Positions 17,368 to 28,285 are shown, counted from the first letter of the stretch. The stretch is 35,907 nt of DNA from Candidatus Galligastranaerophilus gallistercoris (GCA_018710795.1 DVJH01000004.1:1-35907), one strand, 5' to 3'. A program made the numbers and translations. Notes: generated by a model not told the origin, from the sequence alone.

Positions 17368-19230
17368 ATGAAACTTTTTTTAAAGAATAGTTTTTTAATT
17401 CTTTTATTTGCATTATATGCACTTTTTCGGCCTGTTTATGCTCAGATTGACACCGAGCCTGTAGAGGCATTCAAAAAAGAAATTTCAAAAAAACACAAAC
17501 TTCTTAATTTTGAAACAAAAACAATAAGCGCAATTTATCCTTCCGATACGATAAACAGACTCGGTATGAATTACCCCGGATACAGAGGCCCCGGGCAATT
17601 GGTCGTATATTATCCCGGATTTGATGAAACAACGGGCACAAACGAATACGGAACCGAAGCGGTTGTTGAAAATGGTACCGTCGTTAAATTAACGGGTGCC
17701 GATTCAATCATTCCTTCTAACGGTTTTGTAATCTCGGGGCACGGATCAAGCAAAAAATGGATTAAAGATAATTTGCATATCGGAACCAAAATAAAAGTTG
17801 AAGGCAATGTTTTAATTGCATATACAACCGCAGACAGCTATGTTTTTATGGCAAAAGAAAGAATAAAAGAAGCGGAAGAATTTATAAATAACGCTAAAAA
17901 AAGCGATGTTAAAACCCCTGAAGACAAAAAAGCCGCATATTATTTAAAAAAGGCAAAATCCGAAGCAAGAAAAGCGGAACATTCAAGAGAAAAAATGAAA
18001 AAAGAACATGCGCTCTCGTCCGTTGAATTGTCCAATCTTGCGATTAAATATGCTCTTCCATATATAGAAGATGAATTTAAAGGGGTTTGGCTCAGACCCT
18101 CCGAAAGAAATGTTTATGAAATAAGAAAAACTCTTGATAACATTCAAAAAACGGGCATTAAGGAAATATTTTTGGAAACCTATTTCCATGGTTATACAAT
18201 CTACCCGAGCAAAGTTATGAAAGAATACGGGCTTACCGTTCAAAATCCTAAATTTTTAATGTATGACCCGCTTAAAGCATACATAGATGAAGCTCATAAA
18301 AGAGGAATGAAAATTCATATATGGTTTGAATCTTTCTATATAGGAAATACTCCGCCAAGTTATGACGATAAAAGCATACTTTCAAAATACCCTTCCTGGG
18401 GAAACAAGAACCTTGCAAACTACGATTCAAAAACATACGTAAGACATAAAACCGAACATAACGGTTATTTTTTGGACCCTGCCAATCCTGAAGTAACAAC
18501 ATTTTTAACCGAACTTATAAATGAAATTGCAAATAAATACGATATAGACGGAATTAATCTTGATTATACAAGATACCCAAATTCCCAAAACAAAGACGTA
18601 CCGTCTTATAAATATTCAAATTGGGGGTATACCGAATTTGCAAGAAAAGAATTTACGGATTTATACGAAGTAGACCCCGTTGAAATTGAATATGACACAA
18701 TTATGTGGAATAAATGGGATGAATACAGACGGGAAAAAATCCACAATTATGTCAAACAAATTCATGATGCCCTGAAAGAGCCCGAAATCATTACGGATGA
18801 AAACGGAATGATTTATGAAGACAAAAAAGAAAACACAAAAGACATTCTTTTAACTGCGGTAATTTTCCCCAATTATGAAGTATGTCTTGAAACAAAACAG
18901 CAAAACTGGGCAAAATGGTCGAGGGAAAATTTGATAGACGGCGTTACGCCTCTGATTTTAACTTCCGATAATGAACTGTTTTATAAAATCTTAAAAGATG
19001 TCAAAAACAGGCTTTCAAATAAAACAAAAGTATACACGGGGCTTTTTGTGGGTTTTCTCGAAGCGGAACCCGAAGATTTATTAAGACAGATAAGCGTTTC
19101 GAGAAGCTTAAAATCGGAAGGAATTATTCTTTTTGACTGGGCTCATCTTCCCGTAAAATATCAAAATGCGCTCAGGTACAGAGTATTTCTGCCCAAAGGG
19201 GCAAAAGCGGCAAAATTAAAGTTTAAATAA
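17368..19230 (+). CDS. Secreted glycoside-hydrolase-like family 10 (GHL10/DUF187, YngK-type) protein with an extra N-terminal domain
   Basis: 620 aa. Signal peptide MKLFLKNSFLILLFALYALFRPVYA-Q. FKGVWLRPSE...GIKEIFLETYFHGYTIYPS and DGINLDYTRYP match the GHL10 TIM-barrel motifs. Confidence 0.65.
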   Translation: MKLFLKNSFLILLFALYALFRPVYAQIDTEPVEAFKKEISKKHKLLNFETKTISAIYPSDTINRLGMNYPGYRGPGQLVVYYPGFDETTGTNEYGTEAVVENGTVVKLTGADSIIPSNGFVISGHGSSKKWIKDNLHIGTKIKVEGNVLIAYTTADSYVFMAKERIKEAEEFINNAKKSDVKTPEDKKAAYYLKKAKSEARKAEHSREKMKKEHALSSVELSNLAIKYALPYIEDEFKGVWLRPSERNVYEIRKTLDNIQKTGIKEIFLETYFHGYTIYPSKVMKEYGLTVQNPKFLMYDPLKAYIDEAHKRGMKIHIWFESFYIGNTPPSYDDKSILSKYPSWGNKNLANYDSKTYVRHKTEHNGYFLDPANPEVTTFLTELINEIANKYDIDGINLDYTRYPNSQNKDVPSYKYSNWGYTEFARKEFTDLYEVDPVEIEYDTIMWNKWDEYRREKIHNYVKQIHDALKEPEIITDENGMIYEDKKENTKDILLTAVIFPNYEVCLETKQQNWAKWSRENLIDGVTPLILTSDNELFYKILKDVKNRLSNKTKVYTGLFVGFLEAEPEDLLRQISVSRSLKSEGIILFDWAHLPVKYQNALRYRVFLPKGAKAAKLKFK

Positions 19231-19243
19231 TTTAAAATCAGGC

Positions 19244-19272
19244 TTTAAAAACTAAAATAAATTGTGTATAAT
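19244..19272 (+). promoter_or_regulatory. Candidate sigma-70-type promoter for hpf
   Basis: Consensus TATAAT (19267-19272) with TTTAAA (19244-19249) 17 nt upstream, about 70 nt before the hpf ATG. Such matches arise easily in AT-rich DNA. Confidence 0.3.
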
Positions 19273-19341
19273 TATAAGATGATGTTTGAAAAATCGTTCA
19301 AGAAGGAAGTTATACTTTAGTTTAGAAACGGAGAAATTCTT

Positions 19342-19701
19342 ATGCACATTCATGTTAATGGCCGAAACGTTGAAATTACTGACGCAATCAAGGCTTATGC
19401 CAAAGAAAAGCTTGGTAAGGTTGCGGCGCATTATGACCAAATTCAGGCAATCGACATCATTTTGACGGTGATTAAAAACCCTTCGGTATCGGATTCCCAT
19501 GTAGCGGAAGTAAACTGCAAAGTTATGGGCGATATGATAAGAGTCGAAGAAAAAGCCGAATCAATGTATGCAAGCATCGACCTCATTTCGGATAAACTTG
19601 AAAGACAGGTAAGAAAATATAAAGAAAAAAATCTGAAATCAAAAACAAGTTCTGAATCGATAAGAACCGCTCCGACGACTGAATCTGCCGATGCGGAATA
19701 A
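19342..19701 (+). CDS. hpf: Ribosome hibernation promoting factor / RaiA family, short form
   Basis: 119 aa. MHIHVNGRNVEITDAIKAYAKEKLGKV and DKLERQVRKYKEK are hallmark HPF/YfiA motifs. GGAG SD upstream. The low-complexity acidic tail replaces the long-HPF dimerisation domain. Confidence 0.85.
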   Translation: MHIHVNGRNVEITDAIKAYAKEKLGKVAAHYDQIQAIDIILTVIKNPSVSDSHVAEVNCKVMGDMIRVEEKAESMYASIDLISDKLERQVRKYKEKNLKSKTSSESIRTAPTTESADAE

Positions 19702-19721
19702 AATTTAATATTTTAAACGAT

Positions 19722-19747
19722 AAAGCCGCATAATATGCGGCTTTTTT
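19722..19747 (+). terminator. Rho-independent terminator of hpf
   Basis: AAAGCCGCAT / ATGCGGCTTT stem around a short AT loop, followed by TTTTTT (19742-19747). About 20 nt after the hpf stop. Confidence 0.75.
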
Positions 19748-19912
19748 AATTGCCGAAAAATTAAAAAAACTTAACATCTCTAAACCGACCAAATGTAGTA
19801 TTGTGCCTTGAATTGCTTGATTAAATAATAAAAAGAATATAGATTAAAATTATATAAATCCGCTAAAGTATTTTAAATTTTAGCCGATAACAAAGAGTAG
19901 CATGGGGCATAT

Positions 19913-21037
19913 ATGTTAAGCATAGATAAGAGTCTACAATTTGAAGGATTGGATAACTTTCTCTACGTTTCAAGCGAGTCGGTTACCAACACAATATTGC
20001 TGGTTGATGATGAAATTAACAACCTGCAGTTATTGAAGCGTGCTTTAAGAGGAAAATATAATATCTTAACCGCAAGCCAGGGCGCCGAAGGGCTTGATGT
20101 TTTAAAAGAAAATATTGAAAAAATATGCCTTATAATTTCGGATCATAAAATGCCCGTTATGGAAGGAACCGAATTTCTTGAAAAGGCAAATGAAATCGCC
20201 CCCGATGTTATTAAAATTTTGCTTACCGGTTTTTCAGATATTGAAATTTTAACCGATGCGGTCAACAAATGTAACTTATTTCAATATATAATGAAACCCT
20301 TTGACCCCAATGAACTCATAAACGTTGTTGAAAGCGGAATTGAAAAATATAATCTTTCAAGTTCAAGATCTTTGATGATGAAAGATTTAAGGGAATTATT
20401 TTATAAAACAATCAAATCAATTTCTGCGACACTCGACGCTAAAGATGCATACACCCACGGGCACTCAATGAGAGTTACCCTGTATTCCCTTATGCTTGCA
20501 AAAACTTTATATCCTGATGATGAAGAGTTTTTGCAAAATATTGAAATTGCAGGATTATTGCATGATGTCGGAAAAATTTCCATTCCGCAAAGAATAATTT
20601 GCAAACCCGGAAAATTAACCGATGAAGAGTTTCAAATTATGAAATCTCACCCCGTATGCTCCGAAAAACTTGTTGATAATATAAAACAATTGGGGCAAAT
20701 CGGCACATGGGTAAAAGCCCACCATGAAAGGTGGGACGGAAGGGGCTACCCCGACGGTCTTAAAGGCGAAGAAATTCCTTTATCTGCAAGAATAGTAGCA
20801 ATTGCAGACACATATGACGCTATGACCAGTACAAGATCATACAGAAAAGCTCTTGAACATATGGAAGCCATTAATGAAATTGAAAGATGCAAAGGCAGCC
20901 AATTTGACCCCGAGCTTGCGCAAAAATTTATTGATATGCAGGATTTGATATTGCAGGCAAAAGAAAATCCCGAAGAATTTTACGCAAAATACAGCGTTTT
21001 ACAGAAAAAAGTTGCCGAAAATATTCATAATATGTAA
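19913..21037 (+). CDS. Response regulator with receiver and HD-GYP domains (cyclic-di-GMP phosphodiesterase type)
   Basis: 374 aa. Receiver: ILLVDDE...SDHKMPVMEG...KPF. HD-GYP: HGHSMRV, LLHDVGKISIP, HHERWDGRGYPDGL. Confidence 0.85.
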   Translation: MLSIDKSLQFEGLDNFLYVSSESVTNTILLVDDEINNLQLLKRALRGKYNILTASQGAEGLDVLKENIEKICLIISDHKMPVMEGTEFLEKANEIAPDVIKILLTGFSDIEILTDAVNKCNLFQYIMKPFDPNELINVVESGIEKYNLSSSRSLMMKDLRELFYKTIKSISATLDAKDAYTHGHSMRVTLYSLMLAKTLYPDDEEFLQNIEIAGLLHDVGKISIPQRIICKPGKLTDEEFQIMKSHPVCSEKLVDNIKQLGQIGTWVKAHHERWDGRGYPDGLKGEEIPLSARIVAIADTYDAMTSTRSYRKALEHMEAINEIERCKGSQFDPELAQKFIDMQDLILQAKENPEEFYAKYSVLQKKVAENIHNM

Positions 21038-21040
21038 TTT

Positions 21041-22009
21041 TTAAACTTTTAACAAAATTTTAATCGTATCTTTTTGTCTGTTTAATTCAAAACCCTTTAG
21101 CGCATCTTCAAAAGGGAGAATTTTTGTAATCAACGGTTTTGTATTAATCTTCCCTTTTTCCATAAGTCTTATAACGGGTTCAAATCTTCCGCATCTTGAA
21201 CCTATGACGGTTATTTCATCTACGACGACACTTGCAAGGTTTAACCCTTCTTTTGCCGCAATCGTGCTTTTTAAAACAAGTATTCCTCTCGGGCGAACCA
21301 GACTTAAAGAAGTTTCAAACCCGCCGACGGACCCCGTTGCTTCAATTACGATATCATAAGTTTTAAGTTCGTCTTCTTTAATTTCATCAAGAAGTTTAAT
21401 TTTGCCGCCAGCATTTTTTGTAATTTGCAATTTTTCGATATGTTTTCCTATATGAACGTAATCTACATTCATTGCGCTCATAACGGTTGAAATACATAAG
21501 CCCAATTTTCCGTCGCCAAGTATTGCAACTTTATCCATGGGTTTAATTTGAATTTGTTCGAAAATTTCATAAGCGGCAGCCAGAGGCTCAACAAAAACCG
21601 CCGTTTCATCATCGACATTATCGGGAATTAAAACAAGGTTTGAAAAAGGCAGGGTGAAATATTCGCTAAAACACCCGTCTTTATTGAAAATGCCTAAAGT
21701 CTGCCTGTTTTTGCAGTGTCTTTGAAGATTATTAAAACAATCTATGCAATTGTTGCACCCGAGGTTAATTTCCCCCGCAACTCTTTTTCCCTTTATGGAA
21801 GAATGTTTTTTATCATAAACATCTTCAACAATGCCGACAAATTCATGTCCCAAAACGCCATTATATCCCATATAGCCTTTTGTGATTTCTTCATCCGTGT
21901 TGCAGATGCCAAGCATTTTTGGTTTTATTAAAACTTCATTTTCTTTTAATTCGGGTTTTTCATAATCTTCAACAAATTTTAATTCCCGATTAAAAATAAC
22001 AGCTTTCAT
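21041..22009 (-). CDS. Zinc-dependent medium-chain alcohol dehydrogenase
   Basis: 322 aa. GHEFVG catalytic-zinc motif, a Cys cluster (GCNNCIDCFNNLQRHC) for structural zinc, and a GDGKLG Rossmann motif. The ATG directly abuts the trxB stop (TAAATG). Confidence 0.8.
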   Translation of the reverse strand: MKAVIFNRELKFVEDYEKPELKENEVLIKPKMLGICNTDEEITKGYMGYNGVLGHEFVGIVEDVYDKKHSSIKGKRVAGEINLGCNNCIDCFNNLQRHCKNRQTLGIFNKDGCFSEYFTLPFSNLVLIPDNVDDETAVFVEPLAAAYEIFEQIQIKPMDKVAILGDGKLGLCISTVMSAMNVDYVHIGKHIEKLQITKNAGGKIKLLDEIKEDELKTYDIVIEATGSVGGFETSLSLVRPRGILVLKSTIAAKEGLNLASVVVDEITVIGSRCGRFEPVIRLMEKGKINTKPLITKILPFEDALKGFELNRQKDTIKILLKV

Positions 22010-22966
22010 TTATGCCTTCAGTGCTCCTTCTTTAATTAACATGTCAACTTCTTCAAGATACCTAACCGCGCTCATTCCCGCAACGGCACCGTCTGAGACT
22101 GCGGTTATAACCTGTCTTAAGGGGGTTTTTCTGACGTCCCCCGCCGCAAAAACGCCGACTTCGCTTGTTCTCATATTTTCATCAACCCTTATAAACCCTT
22201 TTTCATCCTGAATGATTTGACCGTTTATAAGTTCAACATTCGGCGAAAAACCTATATAAGGGAAAACGCCCTGAATATTTAATTCTTTTTTATCGTCTGT
22301 TTTTACGTTTTTATAAATAAGCTTTTCAACCCTTTTTTCTCCTTGAATTTCAAGAGGAATAGAATCAAAAATAAATTCTATTTTATTATTTTCAAATGCT
22401 CTTTTTTGAACGATTTTATCCGCGCGGAGTTCGTCTCTTCTGTGCATTATATAAACCTTTTTGGCAAATTTTGTTAAATATATTCCTTCTTCAACGGCAG
22501 CATTACCCCCGCCTATTACGACAACTTCTTTATCTTTATAAAAGGCTCCGTCGCAAACGGCGCAGTAGCTGACTCCTTTCCCGAGAAATTCCGCTTCGCC
22601 CCTTATACCTAATTTTGCAGATTTTGCACCCGTTGCAACAATAACGGTTCTTGCTTTATATGTATCTTTAAGGGTTTTAATTGTTTTGATATCGGAAATT
22701 AAATCTATACTTTGAATTTCTTCATTTGTGAATTTTTGAATGTTAAATTTGTTAATGTGTTCTTCAAATTTTTCGGCAAGCTCCCACCCTTCAATTAAAG
22801 GGAAGCCCAGATAATTTTCAATTTCAAGATAATTAACGGGCTGACCGCCTAAAGTGTTGGTATCGATTATTGCAACGTCAATGTTTCCTCTTTTTGCGTA
22901 TAATGCGGCGCTCATTCCTGCGGGGCCTCCGCCTAAAACGAGGCAGTCAAAAATCTTCTCTCCCAT
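22010..22966 (-). CDS. trxB: Thioredoxin-disulfide reductase
   Basis: 318 aa. GGGPAG FAD motif, CAVCDG redox-active disulfide, GGGNAAVEEG NADPH motif, GVFAAGDV. Confidence 0.9.
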   Translation of the reverse strand: MGEKIFDCLVLGGGPAGMSAALYAKRGNIDVAIIDTNTLGGQPVNYLEIENYLGFPLIEGWELAEKFEEHINKFNIQKFTNEEIQSIDLISDIKTIKTLKDTYKARTVIVATGAKSAKLGIRGEAEFLGKGVSYCAVCDGAFYKDKEVVVIGGGNAAVEEGIYLTKFAKKVYIMHRRDELRADKIVQKRAFENNKIEFIFDSIPLEIQGEKRVEKLIYKNVKTDDKKELNIQGVFPYIGFSPNVELINGQIIQDEKGFIRVDENMRTSEVGVFAAGDVRKTPLRQVITAVSDGAVAGMSAVRYLEEVDMLIKEGALKA

Positions 22967-22975
22967 TTGCTTAAA

Positions 22976-23470
22976 TTAATCTCCTGCTATTTTTTGACCG
23001 ATTACTTTATATTTTACTACATCTTTTGAAATTAAGTTATTGCCCGAATCATATTTTTCTATACTGAATGTATCCGTGCCTTTAAATATGTCCCCATCAA
23101 GGATAAATTCGGGCTCTTCAATATGTTTGTATTTATAGCCTTTATGAGTGAATTCTTTTGTTCTTAAAAATTTAAGGCGTTTTCCGTCCAGATTATCGAG
23201 CGCATTATCAACCGTAATTGCCGATTTTGCACCCGTCAGACTGTTTTCTAAAAATATGACGTTATTGTGTCCCGATAAGTTCCAAATATCTACGCTCACA
23301 GGGTTAAATTTTGCATAATTATTTGATGATTCAATTTTGCTTGTAACATGCCATGTTCCGAAAAACCCCTTAAAAATTTCGTCATAGCTGGTTGAGCCCC
23401 TTAAAACTTTAGCATTTATCGGGCAGACAAATAAAAATAAAAAAACGATAAGAATAAAAACTTTTTTCAT
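22976..23470 (-). CDS. Secreted hypothetical protein
   Basis: 164 aa. Signal peptide MKKVFILIVFLFLFVCPINA-K. 9-nt gap upstream of trxB. No family recognised. Confidence 0.5.
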   Translation of the reverse strand: MKKVFILIVFLFLFVCPINAKVLRGSTSYDEIFKGFFGTWHVTSKIESSNNYAKFNPVSVDIWNLSGHNNVIFLENSLTGAKSAITVDNALDNLDGKRLKFLRTKEFTHKGYKYKHIEEPEFILDGDIFKGTDTFSIEKYDSGNNLISKDVVKYKVIGQKIAGD

Positions 23471-23627
23471 TAATTTTATTTTAATTATAAAAATATTCTT
23501 TTCAAAAGCCCCTGAACGAGCTAATTATAAATTATTAATCATACGGCTTGAATTTATTTCTTTTTTGAAATATGCTTGAATTTGCAATTGGGGAAGCAGT
23601 TTTCCCAGACTTCACAATTTAATACAT

Positions 23628-23704
23628 GGCGGGCATCGCCAAGCGGTTAAGGCCTCGGATTGTGGTTCCGATATGCGTGGGTTCGAATCCCACTGTCCGC
23701 CCCA
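23628..23704 (+). tRNA. tRNA-His (anticodon GTG) with encoded G-1 and encoded CCA
   Basis: Hand-folded cloverleaf. Acceptor GCGGGCA/TGTCCGC with one G-T pair. D arm GCC..GGC. Anticodon stem TCGGA/TCCGA with loop TTGTGGT (GTG at 23662-23664). 5-nt variable loop. T arm GTGGG-TTCGAAT-CCCAC. The extra 5-prime G (23628) opposite discriminator C73 (23701) is the tRNA-His identity feature. CCA at 23702-23704. Confidence 0.9.
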
Positions 23705-23714
23705 TTTTTAAATC

Positions 23715-23741
23715 AGCCTCTTTAAAAAGGAGGCTTTTTTA
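23715..23741 (+). terminator. Rho-independent terminator after tRNA-His
   Basis: AGCCTC (23715-23720) pairs with GAGGCT (23730-23735), followed by a T run (23736-23740). Confidence 0.6.
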
Positions 23742-23770
23742 ATAGGACAGTGCGGTTTTATTATTTATTG

Positions 23771-24085
23771 CTATGCAACATGCAAAGAAAAGCCTAATTC
23801 TTTCAATAATTTCCCTATTGTATCCAGCCTCGGTACTCGTTCTCCTTTGAACATTTCGTATAACGCGGCTCTTGTAATTCCCGTTTTTTGTGAAAATTCG
23901 CTTATGCTCATACGCGCTTTTATTACTTGTTCCAAAGATTGAAAAAATAAATCATAATCTCCGTCCGTGATAAATTCTTGTATTGCCGCATCCAGATACA
24001 TTTTTTGATATTCTATATCTTGTAAAACATTGTTCATGTGTTCTTCGTGGGTTATATTTTCGGATTTGATTTTTTCTATATCCAT
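23771..24085 (-). CDS. HigA-family antitoxin (addiction module antidote protein, XRE-type HTH)
   Basis: The C-terminal MSISEFSQKTGITRAALYEMFKGERVPRLDTIGKLLKELGFSLHV matches the HigA/antidote family pattern. The ORF track starts at 24136 inside the toxin gene. I call the ATG at 24083-24085 (MDIEK), 1 nt after the toxin stop. Confidence 0.8.
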   Translation of the reverse strand: MDIEKIKSENITHEEHMNNVLQDIEYQKMYLDAAIQEFITDGDYDLFFQSLEQVIKARMSISEFSQKTGITRAALYEMFKGERVPRLDTIGKLLKELGFSLHVA

Positions 24086-24086
24086 T

Positions 24087-24404
24087 TTATTTATACCTTT
24101 CGTTAAATTCTTGTAAGTATTTTTTCGCAAGTTCAATATCCTTTGATTGTTTTGATTTATTTCCCGCCGATAAAAATATAATTATTACATCGTTATATTC
24201 ATACGCATATATTCGATAGCCTGCACCTTCAACAAATTTTATTTCGGTCAAATTATCAAATTTTTTGTGTGTACCCAAATTTCCCAATTTTATACGGTCA
24301 ATTCTTCTGTCTATAATTACCCTGATACTTTTATCCAAAGAATTATACCATTCAAGATACGGGCATTTATTATCAAGCGTTTTATAATAAATAACTTCTT
24401 TCAT
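24087..24404 (-). CDS. RelE/ParE-superfamily toxin (addiction module killer protein type, HigB-like)
   Basis: 105 aa. YKTLDNKCPYLEWYNSLDKSIRVIIDRRIDRIKLGNLG...GAGYRIYAYEYNDVIIIFLSAGNKSKQSKDIELAKKY follows the killer-protein family pattern. Toxin-first gene order, as in higBA. Confidence 0.8.
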   Translation of the reverse strand: MKEVIYYKTLDNKCPYLEWYNSLDKSIRVIIDRRIDRIKLGNLGTHKKFDNLTEIKFVEGAGYRIYAYEYNDVIIIFLSAGNKSKQSKDIELAKKYLQEFNERYK

Positions 24405-24412
24405 ATTTATAT

Positions 24413-24430
24413 TGTATCGAAAAAGATACA
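24413..24430. promoter_or_regulatory. Inverted repeat upstream of the toxin gene (candidate TA autoregulatory operator)
   Basis: TGTATC (24413-24418), 6-nt spacer, GATACA (24425-24430), located 9-26 nt upstream of the toxin ATG. An 8-bp palindrome TCAATTGA lies at 24436-24443. Confidence 0.3.
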
Positions 24431-24558
24431 GTAAGTCAATTGATAATAAGGCACTGTTTATAAAATGTTGTTATAGTTGTTTTCTGTTGGTATGCATCCT
24501 GTTTTTTATTCTTAATATGGATAATAAAACAATTTGTATCTGCAAAATATTAAATTAA

Positions 24559-25140
24559 ACATATATAAATATTACAAAATTTCATTCTGTAACAAAATGT
24601 AAAAACGATTTTCAAAACGAAATTTTTAAATTTTCGCCTACCGCCTGGACAAAAGCATATAAAAAAGAGTTTCTTATTAAAAACGATATAAAATTTCAGC
24701 ATATAAAAATCTGGCAGGACCAGATATTTTTTATAAAATCAATGCTTCTGGCAGATAAAATAAACATTTTGAATGAAAATATTTATTGTTACCAAAAAAA
24801 GCGCAAAGGTTCCGTTACCTCAGTTAAAGAAAAAACCGATTTTTCGCCCGTCAATGTCTTTTTTGAAGTTCAAAAATTTACGAATGAAAGAATAATCCTT
24901 GATAAATATTTCTTAAAAGCTGCGTTTTGGCTCTCAAAAATGAGAAAAGATTTAAAAAAAGAATATTTTCTTGAATTTAAAAAAGTTCTAAACTATATGA
25001 AAAAAAATTATAAAAAAGATTATTACCCGTTTTTTCATCCCGAATGTTTTGATTCCTATTGTCTTTTAAAATTAAAGTATATAACTGCGATAATAAAATC
25101 AAAAACCTTTCAATTTTTAAATAAAATGTTAACTTCATAA
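24559..25140 (+). pseudogene. 5-prime-truncated family-2 glycosyltransferase remnant (C-terminal part only)
   Basis: The frame is open from 24559, after an in-frame TAA at 24556-24558. The translation ...FSPTAWTKAYKKEFLIKNDIKFQHIKIWQDQIFFIKSMLLADKINILNENIYCYQKKRKGSVTS matches the region of GT2 enzymes that follows the catalytic DXD segment. The N-terminal Rossmann-like half is absent and no SD is present. The ORF-track ATG at 24742 is internal to the homology. Confidence 0.55.
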
Positions 25141-25228
25141 AGCGGGGGTTTTTAAAATTTTGTTATATTTTCTCTTTTTGAATTTATGCTACAATCATTA
25201 AACTAAAAGCTTTTTTTAAGGAGATTTT

Positions 25229-26233
25229 ATGATACTTGTAACGGGCGGAGCAGGATACATAGGAAGCCATATGGCATTGAAGCTTCTTGAAAATAACGAA
25301 AAAGTCGTTGTTTTTGATAATTTTTCGACGGGGCACATTGAAACAATCGAAACCCTTATGAAAGAAGGGAAAGACAATTTTGAATTTTTTGAAGGCGACC
25401 TTTTAAATTTAAACGATTTAAACGCCCTTTTTAAAGGCAGAAATATTGAAGCGGTTATCCATTTTGCGGCATTTTCCCTTGTCGAAGAATCAACAAAAAA
25501 CCCCGCAAAATACTATAAAAATAACGTTACGGGTTCAATAAACCTTTTGGATGCAATGCATAAATATAATGTCAATAAAATAGTTTTTTCTTCAACCGCC
25601 GCCACATACGGCGAACCCGAAGAAATACCGATAAAAGAAACTTCCCTGCAAAATCCGGTTAATCCTTACGGAACTTCAAAACTCACGGTTGAAAAAATTA
25701 TGGATGATTACGACAGAGCCTACGGTATAAAATCCGTGCGCCTGAGATATTTTAACGTGGCGGGTGCGGATTCAAAATGCCGTATAGGCGAAAACCATAA
25801 CCCCGAAACACACCTTATCCCGAATATCTTAAAATCAACTTTTAATAACAAAAAAACATTTAAAATATTCGGCGATAACTATAATACCAAAGACGGCACC
25901 TGCGTAAGAGACTATATAAACGTTGAAGATTTAATAAATGCCCACCTTCTTGCGCTTAAATATCTTTTGGCGGGCGGAAAAACGGACTTTTTCAATTTGG
26001 GCACAAACGAAGGAAACAGTGTTAAAGAAATTTTTGATTTATGCACAAAAGTAACAAATAAAGAAATTCCGTTTGAAATTGCACAAAAAAGAGCGGGCGA
26101 CCCTGCGGTTTTAATTGCGGATAATAAAAAAGCAAAAGAAATTTTGGGCTGGAATCCTGAAAAAACTTTATATGACAGTATAAAATCGGCATATATGTGG
26201 GAATTAAAACAAAACGAAAGGAATAAAAAATGA
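25229..26233 (+). CDS. galE: UDP-glucose 4-epimerase
   Basis: 334 aa. MILVTGGAGYIGSH NAD motif and YGTSK catalytic YxxxK, with GalE-like sequence throughout. AAGGAG SD. Confidence 0.9.
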   Translation: MILVTGGAGYIGSHMALKLLENNEKVVVFDNFSTGHIETIETLMKEGKDNFEFFEGDLLNLNDLNALFKGRNIEAVIHFAAFSLVEESTKNPAKYYKNNVTGSINLLDAMHKYNVNKIVFSSTAATYGEPEEIPIKETSLQNPVNPYGTSKLTVEKIMDDYDRAYGIKSVRLRYFNVAGADSKCRIGENHNPETHLIPNILKSTFNNKKTFKIFGDNYNTKDGTCVRDYINVEDLINAHLLALKYLLAGGKTDFFNLGTNEGNSVKEIFDLCTKVTNKEIPFEIAQKRAGDPAVLIADNKKAKEILGWNPEKTLYDSIKSAYMWELKQNERNKK

Positions 26234-26823
26234 AAAAAATAATTTTGGTTTTATTTTTATTTTTTGTAATTCCCTCTATATCTTATGCGCTTGATTTTGA
26301 TAAAGATTATTATATTTCGCAAATTACCGATAAAAAATATCCTTATAATCATACAGGTTTTTTTGCGGCAATACAAAAACAAGATATCAAAACGGTTGAA
26401 TTGTTCTTAAAATCGGGTTTTGATCCGAACGCAACTTATATGGGCGTAAATGCCGTAATATATTCAATGATAGATGAACAAGAAGATATTTTGAAACTTG
26501 TTTTAAAATACGGTGCTAATCCGAATAAAACCGTTCCCCCTTTAATGGTAACATTTAAAAGAACAAATCCTCTTTTTTATTCGATTACAAAAAATAACCC
26601 CGACATGACAAAAATCTTAATAGATTGCGGGGCGGATGTGAATAAACCCCTCGGGTCAAAAACACCTCTTTATTATGCACTTATAAAAAAACACCCCGAA
26701 CAAATAGAGCTTCTTTTGTCAAACGGCGCAATTACGGATGAAAAAACCGCCAAAAAATTGAAAAAACTCAAAGATGAAAAAATAAAAGCACTTTTTGAAA
26801 ACCTAAACCCGCCTCAAAATTAA
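26230..26823 (+). CDS. Secreted ankyrin-repeat protein
   Basis: 197 aa. Signal peptide MKKIILVLFLFFVIPSISYA-L. Ankyrin-like repeats (FAAIQKQDIKTVELFLKSGFDPNA; LFYSITKNNPDMTKILIDCGADVNK; PLYYALIKKHPEQIELLLSNGA). The ATGA overlap with the galE stop suggests translational coupling. Confidence 0.75.
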   Translation: MKKIILVLFLFFVIPSISYALDFDKDYYISQITDKKYPYNHTGFFAAIQKQDIKTVELFLKSGFDPNATYMGVNAVIYSMIDEQEDILKLVLKYGANPNKTVPPLMVTFKRTNPLFYSITKNNPDMTKILIDCGADVNKPLGSKTPLYYALIKKHPEQIELLLSNGAITDEKTAKKLKKLKDEKIKALFENLNPPQN

Positions 26824-26827
26824 TTAA

Positions 26828-28267
<1,440 letters not shown>

Positions 28268-28285
28268 TTCTATTCTTTATATTTT

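Noticed and set aside
17610-18502. Minus-strand ORFs of 65-86 aa inside the GHL10-like gene
   Set aside because: These are shadow ORFs inside a long ORF with family motifs and a signal peptide.
19252-19500. 82-aa minus-strand ORF across the hpf promoter and 5-prime end, and the 69-aa ORF at 19583-19792
   Set aside because: They overlap the well-supported hpf gene and its terminator hairpin and have no SD or recognisable motif.
23590-23606. Small hairpin GGGAA-N6-TTCCC just upstream of tRNA-His, and possible -35/-10 elements (TTGAAT 23548-23553, TATGCT 23571-23576)
   Set aside because: The 5-bp stem has no T tract, and the promoter match is weak in AT-rich DNA. The support is too thin for either to be called a feature.
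24086-24136. Long form of the antitoxin ORF starting at 24136 inside the toxin gene
   Set aside because: The extension (MNLRKNTYKNLTKGINK) overlaps the toxin coding region in another frame. The ATG at 24085, 1 nt after the toxin stop, gives a canonical-length antitoxin of 104 aa.
23705-25228. Search for an att-type direct repeat of the tRNA-His 3-prime end that would delimit an integrated element
   Set aside because: I found only short matches: CACTGT at 24452-24457, and an inverted GGACAGTG at 23745-23752 complementary to tRNA positions 23691-23698. Matches of 6-8 nt are expected by chance, and no integrase gene is present.
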